Source of the DNA: a virus | Lineage: Duplodnaviria; Caudoviricetes | Virus record (IMG/VR): IMGVR_UViG_3300028591_000183 | Span: 1 to 64,000 of that record | DNA: 64,000 bases | Reading direction: 5' to 3' (one strand) | Part shown: positions 51,108 to 63,160 of the stretch, piece by piece | How the letters are laid out: every line of letters begins with the position of its first letter | Position numbering within the stretch: position 1 is the stretch's first letter | Position numbers and translations under genes: made by a program | The notes under the pieces: model-generated | Database searches by the model: none | The model's input: only the letters and a program-made list of their open reading frames with translations | Told to the model about the DNA's origin: nothing

Positions 51108-51791
51108 TTACATGGAATAAGCTATTACTTCACATCCGAACTGAATTTTATTTTCAAGTTCAATTTCTTTTTCAAGTTCGTCGTTAGCAAGCAGGTTGTC
51201 ATTTTCGTTTGAAATAAACTCTTCAAGGGCTTCAACCTGTGATTTTTTAAAGCCGTCAATATAATCGGCTACTTGCACAGCATCATTCATGTACTTTTTT
51301 ACATCGTAAATAAAATCCTTTACGATGTATTCAAATTGCCATTGTGAGTCTTCAATCAATTCGTTTTCGCTGTAATAGTCACTCCATGTGAGGGGCTTAA
51401 CGGTCAAGTCGTCGTTAAACTCTAAATCAATACTTGGATAAATTTCTGATAACAGGTTGTAAAGAATGTTTACGGGTTTATTATCATGTATATTTGTGAG
51501 ATAGAACGTACTTGTGCGCCCCACATATACACGGGGGTCTTCAATATTGTCTTCTTTCATCCATTCTGTAAAGCAGGTGTACTCCATATCACAAAAATCA
51601 TAATAAATATCATTTTCGTTATAGGATTCTTTAACACGGGGGTATTTCTCTAAAAGTTCGTCGCACTTAAAAAAAGCGTCATACAATTTCAAAGTACGGT
51701 CTTCACCCCACACATGAGATATACTTGACATATACCCCATAACATTCTTAACCGCCTTGTTTACATCTTTATAAGTATATTTTTTACTCAT
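51108..51791 (-). CDS. acidic hypothetical protein
   Basis: Cassette with the conserved leader. Confidence 0.7.
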   Translation of the reverse strand: MSKKYTYKDVNKAVKNVMGYMSSISHVWGEDRTLKLYDAFFKCDELLEKYPRVKESYNENDIYYDFCDMEYTCFTEWMKEDNIEDPRVYVGRTSTFYLTNIHDNKPVNILYNLLSEIYPSIDLEFNDDLTVKPLTWSDYYSENELIEDSQWQFEYIVKDFIYDVKKYMNDAVQVADYIDGFKKSQVEALEEFISNENDNLLANDELEKEIELENKIQFGCEVIAYSM

Positions 51792-51883
51792 AAAATTACC
51801 TCCATTTATTGAAAATCATTGTGTTTAGTTGCTTCCATATAGGAAAAACCCTTGTAAGCTGTGATACTTACAAGGGTTAACGG

Positions 51884-54879
51884 TTACGGGATAATATTAT
51901 TGTCCTGTAATACTTGTGTTACTACTTCTTTAAACCGCTTTAAAATAGCAGGTTTTGAGGACTTCACAATATTTGTGGCGTTTTTTGTCCCATAGTCATA
52001 TACGGTGTATACACCCTGCATTTTATCGTCACTTGATTGAGTAATGAGAAAATAGCAGGTAGTATCACTTTCAAGTCGTACTTCAACGTCATAGACTTTA
52101 CTACTTGAAAAGACCTTTACAGCCGTTTTGAATGCATTCATATACTCATTCAAATATTCATGAGTCTTTTCGGGGGTTGTGCAAAAATCAAAAAACAAAT
52201 ACTTGTTTTCGTCAACCCTTTTGGATGTGATAAAACCCTTTTCTTGATATCTCAAAGTAATTAATAGTTCCTGCATAACTTAACCTCCATTCATTATTAT
52301 TTTTGTTAACAGGTAAACCCCCGCTATACTGTGACATATAACAGGGGTGTATATTATCTAAAATCACGTATTTCAATATAATGGTTAACCCAATAACCGT
52401 TTATATTTTGGGCTTTTTGTGGGTCTTCAATTGCCCTGTATCCCAACATAAAAAGCCCTTTTAATACACCCCGTTGGTATGTATCCCAATGGTTGTATTT
52501 ATCCATATCGCCCGCCAAAATAGCATTTTTTATTCTACTTTCAATGGTATTAAGTTCGTTTAATATAGATTTTTCTCTTGTCATATAAAGCCCTCCATTA
52601 AATCATTGTTTTTAGTAGGTATACCCCCTACGGAGGTATAGAAAACCCTGCTAAACTGTGATATTTAGCAGGGTTAAAAGTTTAAGCATAGATAAACCAA
52701 TTTTCATTCACCCACTTTAAAGCACTTTTTATAGTGCTAAAAGTTGCGCTTGTTGGGATATCATTTACAAATAGTCCGTACTTTTGCCCCCGTTCAAATT
52801 GATTTTTGCGGGGTATTCTGTTAACTACTTCAAAGTTTATCCCGTGAATGTTTACAACCCTATTCATATAAAGCCCTCCATTTTTTAAATCATTAAAATT
52901 GTGATATACCCTGTGAGGATACACCCCCACAGAAAAACCGCCCAAAATCCGTGAAAATTTAAAGCGGTAAACCCTGCCACAAAAATAGAAATAAGTTAAC
53001 AGGGGCGAAAAGTCCCGTGTAAACCTGCATAAAATAGCAGGGTTAAAACCTGCCACAGTAAAAACCCGCTTAAACTATGACATTTAAGCGGGTTAAGATA
53101 TTAAATATATGGGTTGTAAGCATCATTTATATAATAAGACGACTTAAAACTCATGGATACATTAAGAACGTTGGCGGGTATATCCTTCCCGTTGTTTACT
53201 TCCAATTTGTCCCACTCTTTTTTATTAAGGGACTCAAAACCATATAAAGCCCTAAAATCATTTATATGATTTTGTGTAGTGGGGCTGTAACTATCCCAAA
53301 ATCTTATAAATTCACCGTCGCAAGTTACGGCGCAAACTATAGTATTATAGCTTTTTAAATACTTTACCCCGTCGGACTCTATAACCTTGGCTTTACCATA
53401 ATAAGACTTGTTACGACTTACAACGGGCTTTAAAATTGATACATTCATTTTGTTAACCTCCATTTTAAAAAATCATTGTTATTAGTTGTCTATATCCCTA
53501 TGGGATATATAAAACCCTGTAAAGCTGTGACACTTTACAGGGCTATTTTTATTTTGTATATATATTCAATTTGCCTGTGTGGCTTGTACTAACTAAATCG
53601 ATGTTTTTATTAAGAACGTCGGCAGGAACTTGTACCCAATGGGTATATTCTATCCAATTATCTGTAATTTGGCGGGGGTTAATTTCACCCCGTAACATGT
53701 TTATGTCATGAGATATTAAAAGCCCGTCGGCTTTTTTAACTAATATTTCTATTTTTGTGGCGTTACATACATTTAAAAGACTTTTTACTTTCATTGTCTT
53801 AACCTCCATTAAATCATTGTTTACTTGTTAAGCCCTGCATAGCAGGAAAAAAGCGGGTAAACTGTGACATTTACCCGCCTTACATAGATATTAAATTTTT
53901 GTACCCTGTAAAACACCCTTGTTTTCTATCTCTTGGATGATATCGAGTAAATCGGTGTTTTCGTCGGTGTATTCATTTAATAATGCAATTACATTATAGT
54001 TATCAATCATTTTTAAGCCCTCCATAATATCATTGTTTGCATGGTTTAATAGTTTACATACGGTGTATTAAGTAACCACTTAACGCCGTTGTAATTGTCT
54101 TTTTTTGTAAACATTGAAAAAAGTTTTTTAAGCATTCTTTAAACCTCCATTTTTTTAGTTCGTTGTCATTGGTTAACCCTGCGTTTTAGCAGGTAAAAAG
54201 CGGTTTAAGCTGTGATACTTAAACCGCCTGCAATTACTTGTTATTGTTTTCGTGATACTTAACAATGTTTTCGCACTCGCCAAGTTCTCCGCAAAAATGC
54301 CCTGTGAAGGTATACACAGGACTATAAAAACAATCTGTACCACTACCCAAACAAATTAGTGTAGCTTTATAACGGGGGTTGCCGTTATAGTCATTCTTTA
54401 ACCCTTCAAGAGTGACAATATACTCGCCGTTAACGCCTGTTATTTTGTAGCTACTTACATTGTTTTTTCTTCTTGTCATTGTTTTGACCTCCATTTATAA
54501 ATCATTGTTTTTTAGTATCCTCTTTTAATAACCGTTCTGCCCCGTGCTATAGCCCGACAAGGACAAAACGTAGTTTAAAAGATAAAACCCCGTTAAGCTG
54601 TGATACTTAACAGGGTTGTTTTTAGGCTTCAATATAAAATTTTGTATATTTGCCAAGTTCGTTGTACTGACAATTATAATACTCAAAATTGTTTAAAAAC
54701 TTGTCAAACTGTAAATTATCCTCATTGTCACGGAAAACTATAAAGCCCCAAGGGCTTAAGGGGTTCGCTTTAACAGGACAAAACCCAACGGATACACCGT
54801 TATTAAACGCCTTGCGGGCTGTGGTTTTGTTTACCCTCTTATAATTGATGCCTTCAATTTTAATAAGTTCGTTATTCAT
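51884..54879 (-). other. small cassette ORFs (51884-52276, 52354-52584, 52682-52867, 53101-53448, 53549-53794, 54234-54479, 54622-54879 and two under 60 aa)
   Basis: Most are preceded by ACAATGA...ATGGAGG and followed by a hairpin. Confidence 0.7.
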
Positions 54880-56879
54880 AAATTAACCTCCATTTTTAAA
54901 TCATTGTTTTCAGTTCCTGCTGTAGCAGGTAAAACAGGGGGCGACGTTTGACCGTCACAAGTTGTCAGTATGATGTAATATAACCCCCCTACGATTCACA
55001 AAGTATGTAAAAAGTACGGTTTAAAAACCGTCAAAAGTTCGATAAATTGGAGTTTAAATGGAGTTTTTAACAGGTCTGTTTTTACGATTCATCGTTATAG
55101 TTAACCGCCCGATATAAAACCGCCAAGTTTTAAGCCAAGTTTTAAAGGCTTCAATAAAGAAGCGGGTTAACAAGGTACACAAAATAGGTTTACTAATTTT
55201 AAGACCCTATAAACCTATCTTTTTAATGTTGCGTTCATGGGGCTATTTGTCCCACGTTTACTCACGGATAAAGCCGATATAATCGGCGAGTAAATGCCTT
55301 TTTTTGCGACGGTCTGCACGTTCTAAGACCTGTAGCATAAACGGTTAATTATCGAGGTTTTGAATGGCTTAAGACTTCAATCCCTTGTTTTTGCCGTTAA
55401 GCCCCTGCGGGCTTTTTATACTCCATTAACTACGCTTTTGGAGTGTCGGGGCGGTAACTTTTTCGCCCCCGTTGAAGCTGTGCTAACTGCCGACGGGCTT
55501 CAATCCATATAAACGGCTTGCGCCGTGGGTCGTATTGATTAACTACGACTTAACACCATACTACGTATGGGGTAAAACCTTGTCAAGCGGTTTATTGTTT
55601 TATAACAAATTATTTAGCACGTATTTAATAACTACATAATTTATTTATAAAACTTTATACATTATATATTGCATTTTATAGAATGTAAAGTATTGGTTAA
55701 CTATTAGTTTATAATGTTTATAAATAGTTAATCATTATAAACAAATTATCGCCGTTTTAGTGTACTATTTATTGGACTCAATCCGATAAATTATCGTCAA
55801 TCCTAGTATTTATGCAGGGTTGCGGGTGTTTTTAAAATACGCAATGTTTTTAGATATTTATTAACTACATATAAAATCATGTTTATATTTTGTTTATTTT
55901 TGAGGTGTTTTTAGGGGTTACAAAATACGTAAAACCCTTTATTTATGCAGGTTATACGTGTTATAATTATTTTATAAATTAAGTGATTTTACCCTGTTTT
56001 TGGGCTATTTTTTGGGATTTTTTGACCGTTAAGGTCAAAATAGACAACCCGCAACCGTAGCATTTATGCGGGTTGTAAGAACGTGTTAAAATTTACCCCC
56101 TAATTTCAATTTTTTGATAGTTAACCAATATAATTATCATTTAAGGGGTAAAATTGAATTTAGGGGCAAAGAAAACGCTTTCCTTGGCTATAACGATTTT
56201 TCGTTTATGTCAACGTATAAACTTTTTATAAACTCATTTTTACAGATAAAGCCATATAAAACAGGATACGAAACAAGGTTTTGATATATCCTCACATCAT
56301 GACATAGTATTTAAAACTACGTACAAAAATTGACCTGCGGTCAAAAAAGAAATTGACCTACGGTCACAGGGTCAAAAAATGACGGGAGGTCAATAATCAA
56401 AAAATTGATTGTAAGCATGAAATATTGATTTAAAACAAGTTTGTGGCTTTATCTGTATAACAGGAACTAAACAACCCCGCCAAAACTCCGATAAATGCAG
56501 GGCTTAACAGTACAACTCATTTAAAGCCCGTTTTAGGCGTTTTTAGCAGGGTAGTAATATAAGAGTTTAATAAAGGGGGTATAAACTCAAATAAACCCCT
56601 TTAAATGCTAAATAAAGGGTATTTAATCAATATGAGTATTTAAGCGGGTTTTGAGTCCCTGTATAGCTTCAAATATAGGTAAATGCAGGGCTTAAACGGG
56701 ACTATTTAAAGCTAAATAAGACACGGGAACGGATAAAGACCCGTTTACAGGCATTTAAACCCCTGTAAAGCTGTAAAGAGTAGTTTAAAGCCCGATTGAG
56801 TACAATAAAACGGATTTAATTATTATTGATTATTAAGGGCTATTTAAGGGACTTGTTAAGAGTCCTTTTTTTGTGGGTA

Positions 56880-57103
56880 GTTTATAGGACTCATTAAACA
56901 AGTACAATAAACGGGACAATATAAACAAGGGTGTTTTATGGGACTTATTAAACAAGTCTAAATTATGGGACTTATTCAATGAGGTCAATTTATGGGACTT
57001 GATTGTGATTTTAATTGAGTCCGTTTTATGGGTCATTCTGTAAATTAAGGGTAATAAATGGGACTTAATCACGGGGTAATTGAGGGCGGTTTATGGGACT
57101 TGA
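56880..57103. repeat. iteron-like TTTATGGGACTT repeats (about 8 copies, the first five at a 27-bp period)
   Basis: Copies near 56881, 56908, 56935, 56962, 56989, 57025, 57056 and 57090. Confidence 0.8.
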
Positions 57104-57616
57104 TTTAGGGCGGGTTAAAAAGGAAAAAGCAACCCCTGTAAATACCATTGTTTATAAAAAATAGGGGCTTGAACTGCCCTATTTATGCGGGCTTCGGGAT
57201 TTTGAATTTTTAAAACCCGCATGTTTACAGGGCTTGCAGGTTGTCTGTTACGTATTGCGTAAAATGTGGATTATACGCAACTACAATATATTGTGGTTAA
57301 TATGCCTGTGATATACAATCCCTAGTACGGGGGTTTATCCCTGCCCCCGCTTGCGCCCCCTAACCCCCTCGACCTCCCGAAAAACCAAAAAGCTCCATTA
57401 ACGGAATTACGACAACCCTCAAAATACCTTCAACCCCGCATGGTTAGTGGACTTCGGAGATTTCACTCAAAATAAAGGGTGTCAAAAATCTCGGGGAAAT
57501 ATAAAAAGGGTCAAGATATGATAGACGGGATTACGATAACTTCAAAGGTGTTGGCATTATTTAATCAATATGGTAGTATTGAGAAAAATAATAGTTAATC
57601 CAATGGAGGAAAAGAG

Positions 57617-57919
57617 ATGAAAGCGAAGAAAGTACCGAGTGATAAGTGGGAGATAGAGGTGTATGTAGGGACAGAGGATGGAGAGAAGAAGTATGAGAGG
57701 ATAGAGGGGGATAGTGAAGAAGATGTAAAAGCGAAAGCGAAAGCGTTCAGAAGGAAGAGGATGTTGGACAGACAGAATAAGTGGCAGGGGGAGAATAAGG
57801 AGAGGTTGAGTATTGTGTTTGATAAAGGGACGAAGGAGAGGATAAGTGGGAGTGGAATGACGGTGAATAGCTTCATAAGAACGGCTGTAGAGAACGAGCT
57901 AAACAAACGAGGGCTTTAA
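57617..57919 (+). CDS. DNA-binding protein with an integrase-arm-like N-terminus and an RHH C-terminus
   Basis: KWEIEVYVG..DG.KKY; ERLSIVFDKGTKERI...VNSFIRTAV. Confidence 0.6.
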   Translation: MKAKKVPSDKWEIEVYVGTEDGEKKYERIEGDSEEDVKAKAKAFRRKRMLDRQNKWQGENKERLSIVFDKGTKERISGSGMTVNSFIRTAVENELNKRGL

Positions 57920-58480
57920 AGGGGTCTATTTTGGATTTTTAGATAGCGAATGATAAAATATACCTCAAAAGGATAAAAATTGAAATTAGACCCCTTACAG
58001 CGACGAAAAAGGGCATCCTAGACTCACAGAGTTTATCAAACTTTAACAGAGGGAGATAGGCTAGTGAGAACGGGATGCCCTTGTTGACGTTATTGCGTAA
58101 ATTCAGAGAAACACCTATAAACCGCATGGTTGACAGCAAAAGTGACAATCTAATAAAAAGTGAGGTATCAAAAATCTCGGGGAAATACAAAAAGGAATTT
58201 TTTAGGTATGACGGAATTGTGATAACTATAGTCGAAAAGAAGGTGAAAGTTACAGAAGCGTTACACAATGTTACATTGTAACACCTGTGTAACTTTGCGT
58301 AACACATATACATATATATATACAGATACAGAAGTAGATTAATATACAGAGAGAAGAAAAGAGAAAAGATAAAAAGAGAAAGCCCGTGTTACACACGGTC
58401 TGTAATTTATTTATCAAAAATAAACTAAAGTTCTTGAAACGTGAACTTTGTAGTGATACAATTTCTCTTGTGGGGGAAAT

Positions 58481-58677
58481 GTATGTGGATTGTAAAGAGA
58501 GAACAGCTTTATAAGTGGCGTGGATATGAAGAATGGAGAGAGGAACGGACTTGTAGTAAGTGTGGGTTTGTAACCGAGGAAGACTATAACTACTGTCCGA
58601 AGTGTGGCGAGTATGGACATGGTGATGAAACCGCAGGACAAGAAGCTGTTGGAATACATAAAGGGATTCATGCTTGA
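58481..58677 (+). CDS. Zn-ribbon protein
   Basis: CSKC...YCPKCG. Confidence 0.6.
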
Positions 58678-58843
58678 AAATAACTATCCTCCGACAATGG
58701 ATGATATGGTGGCAGGAATGGGCGCAAAAAGTAAAAGTACAGTATACGTACACTATATGCGACTAATCGGGCTTGGCTATATCGAACAGTTTGGACGTAC
58801 AAGGTACAGAGTAAAGGGGATGAAATACATTGAGGTGTCCTAA
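58604..58843 (+). CDS. LexA-type DNA-binding domain protein (no peptidase domain)
   Basis: LLEYIKGFMLENNYPPTMDDM..GMGAKSKSTV..H..RL..LGYI. Confidence 0.8.
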   Translation: MASMDMVMKPQDKKLLEYIKGFMLENNYPPTMDDMVAGMGAKSKSTVYVHYMRLIGLGYIEQFGRTRYRVKGMKYIEVS

Positions 58844-58932
58844 GTGCGGTCAATGGAGAGCGGTGAGGACTAATTTTCGGGTAGATGGCGGTGTTTTGTG
58901 TAAGTGTTTAAATTGCGGGAGATGTTTTACGG

Positions 58933-60928
58933 ATGACAGACGTAGAAAAGACCTTAGAGATATTAAACGGCATGGCAGAGATGGCAAAGGCTGACAGGTT
59001 AAATCAGCTTAAAATGGGTGCTGTGATGCAGAAAGAGCTGTATGACTCTTATATTGGCGCAGGATTTAGTAGTTCAGAAGCATTGGAACTTACAAAGGCT
59101 TTTGTGGTTACTGCGCTTATGAAAGTACCGAGGTGAGTATGATAAAAGTTTTGGAGCTTGTCTTGTGGATTTTGGCAGGGTGTTTGGTCTTGGTTAGACA
59201 TTCAAAGCCATCGAAAATCGAATACCTGTTGGTTTGGGTCTGTTTACTTCTCAGCCTTGCCATGAGGATAAAATCGTGAGAGAAAAAGAAATCTTGGAGT
59301 ATGCGGACAGTTTAAGCCGTGAGTATTATGGACTTCCCTTAGTGGTAGTCTATAACGGGGATGGAAAGATTTTATCTCTTGTGAGAGAAGTTTTGGAGGA
59401 ATACGAGATTTCTAGTGACTTCATACCTCACAGGATGTGCGTAACGGATTACTGTAAAAAGGCTTTCGGGCTTAAAGGGAATGTAAAAGAGAATGATTTG
59501 TTCTTTGACTTTGAGCATACCAAAGAGGTCTTTGATGAAGCTGTAGGGGACGATGTTTTGGATTGCTTTATCGTAACGGGAGTCAGAAACAGGATGAATG
59601 TGATGGTGAATCCTTATGGCAGATGAACTGTATTTTGGAGATGCCGATGGAAACATAATCGGGAAACTTGGAAGTATAAGTGAAGTAGAGCTTACTTCGG
59701 ATGATTATGACGATAAAACGCTTTTGGGTTCTACAGAGATGACATTTGAGGGTAGATTTACTGCTGACCCAACGAGAGCATTTCTTCCGCAGGGGCTATA
59801 CAACGGATATGTTTTAAAACGGGATGGTTATTTGAGTCCTAAGAACGGATGGATATGATGAAAAAGATTAGGTTTTACAAAAGGCTTTTAACTGAGGTTA
59901 TTGAAACTCTGATAACGATTTGTATGGTACTTTCGAGGGATACGAGAGGAACTTACGGGAGCAGGTATAGGAATATTCTTGAGGGTCACATAAATGAGCT
60001 TGGAAAATATTCTCACACACTAAGAGCAGATGGCAAAAAAGATTCTGTATAAGGTCACAGCATATCATTGTCCTAGATGTGGTGGTGTGACTAAACCAAC
60101 AAAGAAATACTGCGATTACTGTAGCCGTGACCTTAATATCCGCAGGGAAAAACATAATTGCATTGCGAGAATGTTGATTGATTGCGGTGAATACGTATTC
60201 TTTGACGAGATAAAGCAGATAGAAACCTTTCAGACTCCATCGATTGATTGTACAACGCTAGAAGATAGCAGGAGAATTTGTATCAAGGGTGCTGTAACGG
60301 ATAATAAAATATCCGTGGTGATGGATACTAATACTGACAGGAGCAGAGAACTTTTAAGTTTAGCTTATAACGGTATCCATAAAGTCCGATTTGAACTACT
60401 TGGAGCTGATTTAGGTTTTGAACAGGAGTGTTATATATCCGATATTCAGAACGATGTGTATAGTCCAAGGGCTAGGTTGGAGCAGAAAATTAACTTTGTC
60501 GGTATAGGTGAGATGAAACAAGGTGGTGCAATACCGCAGGAAGTTTTAGCTGAATTTAGATGCCCTAACTGTGGCGCACCGATATTATCCCGATACGGGG
60601 CGTGTGATTATTGTTCGGGATGGAGCGAAATTTTATGGTAATCTGTGAAGAAATGCAAAAGCTGAGAGATTGGCTTGATGATGAAGGTATTGAGTGGTAT
60701 GACGACTCGGATGAATTAGAAATGTTTTGGATGGTTAGAACTAAATTCGCCGTAAATAGCACTACGTTTTCTGTAATCAATGGAGTTGGCTCATACGGGG
60801 GATGTATGTTTGGGAATAGTGATAACCAAGGACTCTTGGAATGCATGATTGACAGGAACGAACCCTATGGGTATTTAACCGCAGAGGATGTAGAAGAATT
60901 TATTGAGAAGGTAAGACACAGGGGATGA
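58933..60928 (+). other. hypothetical ORFs (58933-59136, 59234-59626, 59616-59858, 59849-60052, 60030-60641 with two Zn ribbons, 60611-60928)
   Basis: Overlapping ORFs. Confidence 0.65.
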
Positions 60929-61326
60929 AACATTGTAAGAACTGTGAATACTGTGAACTTGACTTAGTATCTCACTATATCACGGGAATTAAGGTTCACA
61001 GATGTTTACTAACGGGGAGTGTAATAACAGAACCATTTTGGAATAAATGTGATAAGTATACACGTAAGTATACAAAAGACAGGAATTTCATAAAACTTCG
61101 GTGATTACGCAAAAGCGTTTCACATAAAGTGGGTTACTTGGCGGTAATCTTAGCGGTGATAACAGGCATATCACCGTAGGGTAATGTCAATATCAACCAA
61201 AGCCTAACTATAGTACGGGTGATAAGGAGAGAGTCAAACCTTAAGGAGTTTAAGGCGTGGAAAGAGAAGCACGATATAAACACTCCTACGAACTAGGAGA
61301 AAAGAAGTGGCTCAAAGACATTGATA

Positions 61327-61414
61327 GTGTGTGCAGTTGTGGCAACAGGCAAATAGGTTAAGATGGAGAACTATTTCTATTTACTTCTCTAGGGGTTCGA
61401 TTCCCCCACACATT
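61327..61414 (+). ncRNA. tRNA-like element (acceptor stem and T arm, atypical core)
   Basis: GTGTGTG/CACACAT stem; GGGG-TTCGATT-CCCC. Confidence 0.45.
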
Positions 61415-61522
61415 ATTTAGGGATGAAAGATACATACAGCAATTATTTGCAGAGGACTTTTAACCCTTTTTTGTATCTTGTAGGATGGTTTTAACTGTCC
61501 TATCCCCTCTTTAGGAGATGGT

Positions 61523-62038
61523 ATGAAGTTAGAAGATGTAATGAAACCTAGTAATACGGATGAATGGAAAACGCATAAGCAAACTGTAGAGCTTATAGTA
61601 CCTTATCTAATCAAGAATGGATATAAAAGAATACTTTGTCCGTTTGATAGAGAAGATAGTAATTTCGTTATAATTCTACGACAGCATGGTTTAGATGTTA
61701 CATGTAGCCATATTGCAACAGGAACAGATTTTTTTGATATAGAAAATTTAAGTGATTATGATGCAGTAGTAAGCAATCCTCCATTCAGCAAAAGACAAGA
61801 GGTACTATATAGACTATTTGAAGCAGATGTGCCATTTGCGATAATCGTAAATTCTATTGGATTGTTTGACAGCAAAGGGAGGTATGAACTTTTCAAGAAT
61901 AATGAGTTTGAATTGTTAATACCGAATGGAAGGATAAAGTTTTTTAACGACAATATGATTGGCAAATCTCCTAACTTTCAATCTATATTCGTCTGCAAAA
62001 AGATGGCTACAAGACAAATTGAATTTATAGGGATTTAA
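61523..62038 (+). CDS. small N6-adenine DNA methyltransferase-like protein
   Basis: DEWKT, ILCPFD...SNF, VVSNPPFS. Confidence 0.8.
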   Translation: MKLEDVMKPSNTDEWKTHKQTVELIVPYLIKNGYKRILCPFDREDSNFVIILRQHGLDVTCSHIATGTDFFDIENLSDYDAVVSNPPFSKRQEVLYRLFEADVPFAIIVNSIGLFDSKGRYELFKNNEFELLIPNGRIKFFNDNMIGKSPNFQSIFVCKKMATRQIEFIGI

Positions 62039-62043
62039 TTCTT

Positions 62044-62114
62044 AGGGCTATAGCGTATTGGTAGCGCAACGGACTTTGACTCCGTATGAGAGTGTTCGAC
62101 TCACTCTAGTCCTG
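62044..62114 (+). tRNA. tRNA-Gln(TTG)
   Basis: AGGGCTA/TAGTCCT acceptor stem, ACGGA-CTTTGAC-TCCGT anticodon arm, T arm. Confidence 0.85.
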
Positions 62115-62473
62115 CTGTAATATGGTGTGTTTAAAGAAGTCGTAATCTAGTAGTCGATAACCGAACACTTAATAATCTAGGCTAAACTAAATCTCAATAG
62201 TGGTACGGAGAGGACTAAACGTGGAGATTGTGAATCGTCCCAAACGTCACGAAAAGAAGATTACCATATTACCTTATAAGTGATGGAGATGCCGTTCTTA
62301 AACAGATACTAATGGCGATAAGTTGTTAGGGGCAAAGAGAACGTATACTAGGTGTATCTGCCATCAAAGTCCATATAGACGGGGCGTAGGAGGGAAACGC
62401 CGAAGCAACACCTACAAAGGACTATAAATACGGTGATTGGGTGGCAATGCTTGGTCTTAAATCAGACAAGGTT

Positions 62474-62550
62474 AGGGCGGTAGCTCAGTTGGCTAGAGAG
62501 AATTGGTTTGAAAACCTTTTGAGTCGCAGGTTCGAGTCCTGCTCGTCCTA
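62474..62550 (+). tRNA. degenerate tRNA (Phe-GAA-like, defective anticodon arm)
   Basis: AGGGCGG/TCGTCCT, TAGCTCAGTTGG, GCAGG-TTCGAGT-CCTGC; the anticodon stem is imperfect. Confidence 0.55.
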
Positions 62551-62793
62551 TTGCACATGAACGGTGTGCAACCCAACAAAGAATCATCCCGACAGTATTA
62601 TTTATTTACTATTGGATAAACGCTGTTAAAAAACTTGCTTACATTTGTAACTGTTCTGTTACCAATAGAACAGAACCGATAACGCATTTAGTGTTTATTG
62701 TCTATGGCAACATCATGTAAGCTATATGTCTAAGTTACAACCCATTGTTTTTGTCAGACCCGACTTTAGATGGGGGTTTATAAGACATATTTG

Positions 62794-62881
62794 CGAGGGT
62801 AGTTCAAAAGGTTAAGAACACGCCAATACCTACGGTCGCTTGGCTTGTAAAAGGAATCTGAGTTCGATTCTCAGCCCTCGA
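62794..62881 (+). tRNA. tRNA-like element with an expanded anticodon loop
   Basis: CGAGGG/CCCTCG, D stem GTTC/GAAC, CTGAG-TTCGATT-CTCAG. Confidence 0.5.
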
Positions 62882-63160
62882 TTCAGCTTGGATACGCCCC
62901 AAGTTGACACAACATTTAATGCATCTTTAGCCGATGTATTGCTAAACCTCTAGGTCTTTAAGGTGTTAAAGCCTTATAGACCATTAGGAACTATTCTAGT
63001 TCCTCCTTCATGATTGAGGGTGGCAGAAACCCATCCTTTCTGTCGCCCATTAGCCCGAAAGGGCGAGTGTTCGTTAGGGAGCATTGACAGGGTTGTTGGT
63101 GCTTAGACAAGCCCCCTTCGCTCATATAAGTATCAACAGCCCAACCTCAAAGGAGAAGAT

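Larger units (their letters stand above)
46316..54617 (-). repeat. 16 dispersed intergenic hairpins with a conserved U(G/A)UCACAG loop
   Basis: Hairpins start at 46316, 47074, 47657, 48100, 48428, 49266, 50023, 51071, 51847, 52318, 52644, 53063, 53515, 53853, 54200 and 54586. Confidence 0.9.

Noticed and set aside
46316-54617. Classical integron attC sites
   Set aside because: No RYYYAAC/GTTRRRY ends or extrahelical bases. Conservation is in the loop, and the recombinase lacks the IntI-specific insertion.
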